From Chlamydiota bacterium (GTDB lineage: Bacteria > Chlamydiota > Chlamydiia > Chlamydiales > Rhabdochlamydiaceae): DNA of 33,864 bases. The position numbers and the translations under genes were made by a program. Location of the stretch: assembly GCA_023269365.1 (NCBI GenBank), contig JAHFTN010000001.1:1-33864 (forward strand). Direction: 5' to 3'. The notes under the pieces are model-generated. The model did no database searches. It was given only the letters and a program-made list of their open reading frames with translations, and was not told where the DNA came from. Shown here piece after piece: positions 27,172 through 33,864 of the stretch (positions within the stretch are counted from its first letter, which is position 1; each line of letters starts with the position of its first letter).

Positions 27172-29151
27172 TTAAGCAGCTTTTGTAAGCGGCTTTTTCA
27201 TGAGATAGAGCAGGTCCTTCATGATATTTGCCGTTTCTAAGAGCTGTAAATCGCTCTTTCCAAAGAAGTCGATCGAGTCGCTGTGAGGGTCTTCTTTGGA
27301 GCTCTCTTTGATAAAGTTTTGATAGTTTTTGTTTTTTTTGATGCGCTGCGCAGAATTTTTTTTAAGCGTGGGCAAATAGGATTGGTAAGTAGTCATAATG
27401 GGTTGGGAGTGGGTTTTATAGATCTTTTCCAAAGAGGCCCTATGCCTAAAAGGGACGTCGGAAAGGTCATCTTTAAAATTGGGGGGGATCTGATCTGTCT
27501 CTACGGGGAATTTCGCATATTTTTCCCCAATTTCCAAAGAAGAGAAGAGGCTGGGAACGACGATGTCTGCTTTGACACCCACGAGCTGGGGGCTTTTTCC
27601 AGATACGGTGTAGTAACGACCTCTTGTGACTTTATATTCTCCCTTCGGGTTGACTTTACCAAAGTTTGCAGATTCTAATGTGAAGGTTTGGAAGGTGCCT
27701 TTTCCAAATGTTTCAGGATCTCCAACGACAACAGCTCTTCCATAGTCTTGTAGAGTTTGAGCGACAATTTCCGCAGCAGAAGCACTTGTGCGCGCAGTCA
27801 AGACAAGAAGAGGCCCATCCCAGAGTTTCGTTGTGTCTAGATTTCTCAAGTGTTGCACTTGTCCCGTATTGTCTTTGATAGAAACGACGATCCCTTTGGA
27901 TAGAAAGAGTCCTGAGACAGAAACTGCCTGGGAAAGAAGGCCTCCGGAATTATTTCTTAAATCGAGGATGATCCCTTTCAGGTTATGTTCTTGTTTTAGA
28001 GTGGTGATGGCAGCGGCAAGATCGCTAGCAGAAGAGCTGTTTGCATCTTGGTAGAAAGAAAAGAGCTGGAGCGTGGCGATGACCCCCTCTCCATAGGGCT
28101 CGTGGCTCACCTCAAAGCGGGACTCTTTAAGCACAATTTCTTCTCGCACAATCTCGACTTGTATTTTTTCTTCTTTAAGGGTCTCTCCCTCTTTATTTTC
28201 TCTTAAGAGGGTAAGCTCTACGCTAGAGCCCTGGGGGCCGCGAATTAAAGAGACTGCTTCCACGATATCCATACCGATAACAAGTTCTTGATCTACAGCG
28301 ATAATTCTATCTCCGATTTTGAGTTTGTTCGCTTGCGCCGCAGGAGACCCCTCTACAACGCGCGTGATGGTAAATCCATTGAGATCGTCGCGCAGTTGCG
28401 CTCCGATGCCAAAGAGGCGCTGCTGCACTTGGATCATAAATTGGTTTGCCTCTGTCGGCGTAAAATAGAGGGTCTGAGAATCTAGAGCAGAGCTTGTCGC
28501 TTTTAACACATAGGAGAGGATTACTTGCTGCCTTTCTGAGGCACCGGAACCTAGCAATTCCGCCTCTCGAGAGAGTCTTCTTTTTGAAATGCGCTGGAAG
28601 AATTGTTCCTTATTTTCCGGGTCGATTTTTTCAGCCGTTTTAAGTTGTAAAGATTTAATCCGATTCAATCTCTCTAATAATTCCGTTTCGGTTGTAGACC
28701 ATTTCGCGTCTTTAAATTCAGAGGCAAGCACATTCTGAGCCAAAGGGAGAGTTGTGAGTTGGATTTCAAGGGCATTTCTTCGATCCACTGCTGCGACCAT
28801 CGCCGCATGGATCGATTCAAATAGGGAAAAATTTTCCTGTTTATAGTTTTCAAGTGTTTGATCTAGAAGCTCTTGGGATGGATCGAGCCAGGGTGTGATC
28901 TCTGATGCCAAGAAGTAGGTCTTCCCAGGGTCTAGCTCTTCGATGTAATTCTGGATCGCTCTGTGGACGATAGGGGCGCTCAGGTGCTGGTGGGAGACGT
29001 GGGCTTTGAGGATCTCATAGATCTTCACTTTGGTGTCATGAGGGGTAAGTTGCGGGGGTTTTGCCTCTAAAGTGAGACCTCCCAGGAGAAAAAAGAGGCA
29101 AAGCAGGCGGGTTTTTTTAGCTAACGCGCTAATAATCAGTTGCATGTGCAT
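27172..29151 (-). CDS. tsp: Tail-specific (C-terminal processing) protease, S41 family
   Basis: Signal peptide; PDZ (GIGAQL...GSPA...LKIGDRI); LDLRNNSGG, SASAAEI, TFGKGT, GVKADI. Confidence 0.93.
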   Translation of the reverse strand: MHMQLIISALAKKTRLLCLFFLLGGLTLEAKPPQLTPHDTKVKIYEILKAHVSHQHLSAPIVHRAIQNYIEELDPGKTYFLASEITPWLDPSQELLDQTLENYKQENFSLFESIHAAMVAAVDRRNALEIQLTTLPLAQNVLASEFKDAKWSTTETELLERLNRIKSLQLKTAEKIDPENKEQFFQRISKRRLSREAELLGSGASERQQVILSYVLKATSSALDSQTLYFTPTEANQFMIQVQQRLFGIGAQLRDDLNGFTITRVVEGSPAAQANKLKIGDRIIAVDQELVIGMDIVEAVSLIRGPQGSSVELTLLRENKEGETLKEEKIQVEIVREEIVLKESRFEVSHEPYGEGVIATLQLFSFYQDANSSSASDLAAAITTLKQEHNLKGIILDLRNNSGGLLSQAVSVSGLFLSKGIVVSIKDNTGQVQHLRNLDTTKLWDGPLLVLTARTSASAAEIVAQTLQDYGRAVVVGDPETFGKGTFQTFTLESANFGKVNPKGEYKVTRGRYYTVSGKSPQLVGVKADIVVPSLFSSLEIGEKYAKFPVETDQIPPNFKDDLSDVPFRHRASLEKIYKTHSQPIMTTYQSYLPTLKKNSAQRIKKNKNYQNFIKESSKEDPHSDSIDFFGKSDLQLLETANIMKDLLYLMKKPLTKAA

Positions 29152-29293
29152 TTTCTCGTGTAAGAGGGCTTATATAAGCAAGGTATAGCAAATCAGAGGT
29201 TTATGATTTAAGAAAAATCATAATTTTAATCCTTCCCTATTTCCCTAGGAGGTTGGCTTTTTGAGCCTTAACAATAAAAAAATCTTGTATAGC

Positions 29294-29322
29294 TTGAAAA
29301 CAATTCATTTATATGAGATAAT
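29294..29322 (+). promoter_or_regulatory. Candidate sigma66/70 promoter for euo copy 1
   Basis: TTGAAA-17 nt-GATAAT with extended -10 TG; AT-rich context so a chance match is possible. Confidence 0.4.
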
Positions 29323-29449
29323 TAATTTTCGAAAACAACATTGTTTTATTAAAAACCACGATCGGTGGCGAAGATTTTGGAATCGTTGCTTCGATGTGGA
29401 TGTAATTGTTAAAAAGGCGATTTTTATTTTTTTAAAGGAGGAAGGAGTT

Positions 29450-29878
29450 ATGGACAGTACATTATGTACTTCGCAGGAGAAAAAAGTGGTTTCCATTACG
29501 GAAGCTGCAAGATTAAATAATGTCACAAGACAAGCGATCTATGTGGCGATTAAGCAAAAAAAACTCAAAGCTTCTAAAGATGCCACACGTTGGACGATCG
29601 ATTTAGAAGATTTAGAGAACTACAAGAGACAGAAATATTCTCGCACCAAATCGATGTTTAATGGAGAGCTTCTTTTTGATAGTCAAAAAGGGTTCTACTC
29701 AATTAATCAGGTCGCTAAGATGTTGAATGTTCCTGCTCAGAAAATCTATTACGCAACGCGCGTAGGTTTGATGAAAGCGCACCGCAAAGGAGCTGCTTGG
29801 GTTATCCATACAAGTGATATTAAACTCTACCAAGAGACCTACCTTGGCAAGAAAGTTCAAAGTTCAGAGGCGATGTAA
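29450..29878 (+). CDS. euo: EUO transcriptional repressor, copy 1
   Basis: Two excisionase/MerR-like HTHs (SITEAARLNNVTRQAIYVAIK; YSINQVAKMLNVPAQKIYYATR); AGGAGGAAGGAG upstream of ATG 29450; gltX/recJ neighbourhood. Confidence 0.93.
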   Translation: MDSTLCTSQEKKVVSITEAARLNNVTRQAIYVAIKQKKLKASKDATRWTIDLEDLENYKRQKYSRTKSMFNGELLFDSQKGFYSINQVAKMLNVPAQKIYYATRVGLMKAHRKGAAWVIHTSDIKLYQETYLGKKVQSSEAM

Positions 29879-29885
29879 TCTAGAG

Positions 29886-29915
29886 TTGACAATGAGGAAG
29901 GCGTATAATTATATT
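29886..29915 (+). promoter_or_regulatory. Candidate promoter upstream of euo copy 2
   Basis: Perfect TTGACA followed by TATATT at 18-nt spacing; overlaps imperfect hairpin aatgaggaagg...ccttccttcatt. Confidence 0.3.
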
Positions 29916-30194
29916 TTTAATACAAAAGCCCTTCCTTCATTTTCCTTTCCCGTCAAAAGCTTCCTCCAATTTCAAAAAAGTTCTCCCTAAATAATTTATT
30001 TTTCAATTTGCAAGCCGTTTAATTTTAACGAGTTAATCTCTTTTAAGAGGCGGGTGTCTTGCTGCCTTTGTTAAATTGAGATTTATTTTTATTCAGTTTG
30101 TGCTACGTTTTATAGAAAAATTTTCTTATATGCCTCTTTTAGTTAAAGGGAGAGGCTCTATGAGAAAAGAGAGCTGAGGAGGAAATATTTTACT

Positions 30195-30635
30195 ATGAGC
30201 GAGATAAACAAAGAAGGAATGGAAGTGGAGAAAAAATTTGTGACGCTTTCTGAAGCGGCAAAAATTAACAATGTCACACGTCAGGCGATTTATGTGGCAA
30301 TTAAGCAAAAAAAATTGCGCGCTTACAAGAATCCAACTCGTTGGATCATTGATATAGAGGATTTAGATCAGTATAGAAAGTTAAGATATTCCCGTTCAAA
30401 ATCGATGCATAACGGGGAGCTCATTTTTGACAATAAAAAGGGGTTTTATTCGATTCAGCAAGCTTCCCAAATCCTCGATGTCCCGTATCAGAAAATCTAT
30501 TATGCAACGCGCATCGGCCTTTTGAAGGCATCGCGTAAGGGGTCAGCTTGGATCGTGCATTCTGATGATTTAAATAAATACAAGGAAACCTATTTGAATA
30601 AGTTGATTCCTAACTTTGATGAAAGCGTTTCTTGA
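30195..30635 (+). CDS. euo: EUO transcriptional repressor, copy 2
   Basis: 82/125 identical residues to copy 1 by hand alignment, no gaps; GAGGAGG upstream. Confidence 0.92.
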   Translation: MSEINKEGMEVEKKFVTLSEAAKINNVTRQAIYVAIKQKKLRAYKNPTRWIIDIEDLDQYRKLRYSRSKSMHNGELIFDNKKGFYSIQQASQILDVPYQKIYYATRIGLLKASRKGSAWIVHSDDLNKYKETYLNKLIPNFDESVS

Positions 30636-31863
30636 GCAATTTTACTAGGGTTTCGATATGAGTGGTTTGAGGGAACAGATCGAAGCCCTGGATGAACTCG
30701 ATCTCGTAATGGGCTGTGAGCTGAGCCAGATCCCTGGCAAGAGTGCTCGGCATGCAAGAGATGTAGAGGATGCAAGGAGGCTGTGCATCGAGAAGCGCCT
30801 GGATGACGGTGGAGTCTAGCCCTGTCCTAGGGGGGTTACAGAGCACAGTATCGAAGGTCTTCTCTTTAAGTAGATGGACCCCTAAGTCTTCTACGAGACC
30901 TTCATAGAAGGTCACGCTTGGATAGGATTTTCCGTTTTCTTTTGCTAGCTCCACGGTGTGTTTGTGGCTTTCTATTCCCACGACATCTTTGCCTAATTTA
31001 CTTAAGAGGATCGAGGTCAGGCCGATCCCACAGTAAAGATCAAGGATCCGTTTACATTCTGGGGGAATGATGTCAAGAACGGTGCGGTAGAGATTTTCAT
31101 TTTGCTCGGGATGATTTTGCACAAATCCAAAAGGAGAGAATTGGGCTCTGATTCCCAACATCTCTATTTCGCAATGAGGCTTTCCCCACGTTTGAGAGGC
31201 GATGGCAATCCCTTGCCATGAGGGATTTTTCTCGTAATGTTCTTGGATTTTTTCAGTGGGAATAAGGAGTTCATCGAGAAGGGTAAAGGCGAGGATAAAT
31301 TTTCCTGAAAAGGTTTTTATGAGTCGTAGTGTTCCTTCTTTAGCCCCCGCTTCAGATAAAGTTTCAATCAGAGGATTTAGTGTCTCAAATAGGGGGTGTT
31401 CAAGAGGGAGAAAAAGGGGGCAGTGTTGTACAGGAACAAATGTTGTGCTGTCAGCTCCTATAAATCCGAGTTTTCCGGCTTGTAATTTGAGACGAATATG
31501 GCGTCGATAAGCAAAAGGTTTAGAAGAGGGGATGACGAGAAGATCAGGAAGGGTAATTTTCCCAATGCGCCTAAGGGCATCTAGGATAAAGGTGCGTTTG
31601 GCACTAAGCTGGGCAGAAGCTTTAAGGTGTTGAAGTTGACATCCCCCACAAGTGCCATAGTAGGGGCATAAAGGAGCTATCCTTAAAGGGCTGAGGGTGT
31701 TGATAGAGAGGAGTCTTCCTCTGGCAAAATTCTTTTTTTTATGCATAATCTCAAGAGTGATTTCGTCGCCAGGGGCTGTGAAAGGGACGAAGATCACGAG
31801 TTGATCGTGACGTACAATGCCGTCTCCTCCAAAAGCAAGAGACTCTACCTTTTCTGCAATCAT
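30610..31863 (-). CDS. RlmD/TrmA-family RNA (uracil-5)-methyltransferase
   Basis: TRAM domain, Fe-S motif CPYYGTCGGCQLQH, FVQNH, LDLYCGIG, NPPRTG, YISC, FDLFPQTTHIE. Confidence 0.9.
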   Translation of the reverse strand: MIAEKVESLAFGGDGIVRHDQLVIFVPFTAPGDEITLEIMHKKKNFARGRLLSINTLSPLRIAPLCPYYGTCGGCQLQHLKASAQLSAKRTFILDALRRIGKITLPDLLVIPSSKPFAYRRHIRLKLQAGKLGFIGADSTTFVPVQHCPLFLPLEHPLFETLNPLIETLSEAGAKEGTLRLIKTFSGKFILAFTLLDELLIPTEKIQEHYEKNPSWQGIAIASQTWGKPHCEIEMLGIRAQFSPFGFVQNHPEQNENLYRTVLDIIPPECKRILDLYCGIGLTSILLSKLGKDVVGIESHKHTVELAKENGKSYPSVTFYEGLVEDLGVHLLKEKTFDTVLCNPPRTGLDSTVIQALLDAQPPCILYISCMPSTLARDLAQLTAHYEIEFIQGFDLFPQTTHIETLVKLLKKRFHQS

Positions 31864-33599
31864 TTTATAGAGATAATTTGAAAATCGCGGATCTGCAATT
31901 GGATGCTGGATTTATTAAAAAAAGAATTAACCTGAGGCGTAAAAGCAATATGCAAGGTGAGGTTTTTTTGGCTTAATAGAGATTTCCTCTCTGCCATTCC
32001 AAAACCAATTCCTTCTAACATCCTCTCTTGTTCTTCTAAGTAGAGCTTAAGATGGGTCTTGCCTACGACTTTGGGAGGCCAGATCTGTTTTGCATCGCAG
32101 TAGAGGATGGGAGCGGGGTTTTCATTGCCAAAAGGTTCGAGAAGGCTAAAAGATTCCATGAAGTCAAATGTGAGGTCGTTAAAATGAATAGGGGCATCTA
32201 AGCGCAGCTTGGAAATGATGTCGGTCTCTTTGAGCTCTACGTCTGCTACTTTTAAAAATCGTTTTTCAAACCGAGGGATGTTTTCTTCCCGAATGGTGAA
32301 TCCTGCGGCAAAGTCATGTCCTCCAAAATTTTCTAAAAGATCGGCGCAGTCTTTGAGGTGTTGCAAAAGGGGGAATTCGGGGATAGTGCGAATCGATCCT
32401 TTACCGATCCCTTGATCAATAGAAATAATGATGGTGGGGCGATTATATTGCTTGGCGATTCTAGCCGTAATGATAGGAATGATGCCCGGGTGCCATTTGT
32501 GGGAGAAGAGGATGAGGGCTTTATGATGAAGGATAGTGGGGTTTTTCTGAATCATCGCTTCGACATTTTCAGAATCTTTCCTCTCGATCTTTTGTCTTTC
32601 ACTGTTGTTGAGATCGAGCTCTTTTGCCAAACTCTCAGCTTCAAGAGAATCTCGAATTAAGAGGAGTTCTACTCCTTTCCTCGGGTCGGCAATCCTCCCC
32701 AAGCTATTGAGCCTGGGAGCCACCTTAGAAGCGATATCCATTGGAGTAATCTCCCCTAACTTCAGATCGCATACGGTGAAGAGTTTAGCAAGGCCGATCC
32801 GTTTTGTCTTTCTGAGTTGCCTTAACCCATAGCGCACAAGGATCCTATTTTCTCCAAGTAAGGATCCCATATCGGCAATGGTTCCCAAAGCTACCAAATC
32901 CAAATAGCGTTTGAGATCGATCCTAGTGGAGCTCACTAACTCATTGGAAATAAGCGCATTCGTAATAGCATGGGCGAGTTTAAAGGCGACCCCAACCCCT
33001 GTGAGATCCCGGTTGGGATAAGTGCTGTTAATGAGTTTTGGATTCAACGTGGCAACGCAGTGAGGTAACTTATCTGTAGGTTCGTGGTGATCGGTAACGA
33101 TGACATCGATATGGTGGCGCAAGATCTCTTTAATTTCAGCAGCAGCAGTAATTCCACAATCTACGGTGATGATGAGTTTGCATTCATTGAGGCTAGCATA
33201 TTCAAGCGCATCTAGAATCATACTTTGTTTTAAACTGTTGCGGTTGGGAATGTAAAAAAAGACCTTCGCCTCTACAAAACGCAAAAAATCCGTGAGGAGA
33301 GCAGTAGAGGTCATCCCATCGACATCGTTGTCCCCATAAATCAGAATCGGCTCTTTTTTCTTCAGGGCATCCAAAATCCTATCGACGGCTTTATCCATAT
33401 CGGGAAAGAGGTGGGGCTCAAAGAGGTCGGGAAGCTTGGCATAGAGATAATTATGAATCTCTTCTAAAGACTTAAATCCGCGAGAAGCAAGGATGTGCGC
33501 TGTAACGGGATGGATGTTAAATTCTTTAATAATAGCCTGGTGCCACTTGGGATCGATTTTCGGGTAGACCCATGTGGAATCGCTGTGACGGGGTGCCAT
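31860..33599 (-). CDS. recJ: Single-stranded DNA exonuclease RecJ
   Basis: YGDNDVDG, TVDCG, TDHH, LGTIADM, APRLNSLGR, GKGSIR, FGGHDFAAG, LEPFG. Confidence 0.97.
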   Translation of the reverse strand: MAPRHSDSTWVYPKIDPKWHQAIIKEFNIHPVTAHILASRGFKSLEEIHNYLYAKLPDLFEPHLFPDMDKAVDRILDALKKKEPILIYGDNDVDGMTSTALLTDFLRFVEAKVFFYIPNRNSLKQSMILDALEYASLNECKLIITVDCGITAAAEIKEILRHHIDVIVTDHHEPTDKLPHCVATLNPKLINSTYPNRDLTGVGVAFKLAHAITNALISNELVSSTRIDLKRYLDLVALGTIADMGSLLGENRILVRYGLRQLRKTKRIGLAKLFTVCDLKLGEITPMDIASKVAPRLNSLGRIADPRKGVELLLIRDSLEAESLAKELDLNNSERQKIERKDSENVEAMIQKNPTILHHKALILFSHKWHPGIIPIITARIAKQYNRPTIIISIDQGIGKGSIRTIPEFPLLQHLKDCADLLENFGGHDFAAGFTIREENIPRFEKRFLKVADVELKETDIISKLRLDAPIHFNDLTFDFMESFSLLEPFGNENPAPILYCDAKQIWPPKVVGKTHLKLYLEEQERMLEGIGFGMAERKSLLSQKNLTLHIAFTPQVNSFFNKSSIQLQIRDFQIISIK

Positions 33600-33692
33600 G
33601 AGAGTCCTTATGTCTTATATAAAGCCAAGACCCTACTAAGAAAGGCAGATTTAAGCAAGGAAGCAGTTTGGGTATAACAAACCCCTTTGCTC

Positions 33693-33864
33693 CTAGTGGC
33701 CATTCAGGAGCATTCTGCCTTCTTTTCTCAGAGTCCTATCATGAAAATATTTCATGAGAGGGGCTGCAATAAACAGAGAAGATAGGGTTCCAAAAATCAC
33801 GCCGATAGCCATGACAAGAGAGAATCCAAAAAGAGTCGTGCCTCCTAGGCAAATCAGGGGGATT
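33693..33864 (-). CDS. secF: SecF-type C-terminus of protein translocase SecDF (5'-partial)
   Basis: Hand translation ...LGGTTLFGFSLVMAIGVIFGTLSSLFIAAPLMKYF...GH*, matching the last SecF TM motif; secDF-recJ order as in chlamydiae. Confidence 0.85.
   Translation of the reverse strand, partial: IPLICLGGTTLFGFSLVMAIGVIFGTLSSLFIAAPLMKYFHDRTLRKEGRMLLNGH

Noticed and set aside
29261-29449. 63-aa N-terminal extension of euo copy 1
   Set aside because: TTG start, AT-rich promoter-like sequence, absent from copy 2; a strong RBS precedes ATG 29450.
29886-29909. Perfect TTGACA plus TATAAT pair
   Set aside because: Spacing is only 12 nt; only the alternative 18-nt spacing to TATATT was kept, at low confidence.

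Overview
Mostly housekeeping chromosome of an environmental Chlamydiota bacterium. The assignment is inferred from an NTT nucleotide transporter, EUO regulators, a CT538/DUF2709-like gene and the chlamydial-type gltX-tsp-euo-recJ-secDF neighbourhood. Core genes: eno, rsgA, TrmH-family methylase, mscS, pgsA-like, dedA, ntt, pgk, dnaQ-like, engB, tsaE, ldh, argS, epmB, murA, ddl, cysJ-like, gltX, tsp, RlmD-like, recJ and the 3' end of secDF. No rRNA, tRNA, CRISPR array or transposase was seen. Unusual features: (1) two tandem, diverged euo paralogs; (2) several short palindromic elements, namely a 34-bp perfect hairpin inside the 5' end of a glycosyltransferase ORF, a duplicated ~67-bp hairpin, and a three-layer nested element between murA and ddl (hairpin inside an IS4-like MITE with 9-bp target duplication, inside a decayed copy of the 67-bp family); (3) a three-gene glycosyltransferase/TylF-methyltransferase cassette in which every protein has a signal-peptide-like N-terminus; (4) a repeat-flanked, signal-peptide-bearing atypical kinase-like gene; (5) an Inc-like orphan; and (6) a 45-aa lipoprotein missed by the ORF track. 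All family calls come from motif recognition by eye, not from database searches.
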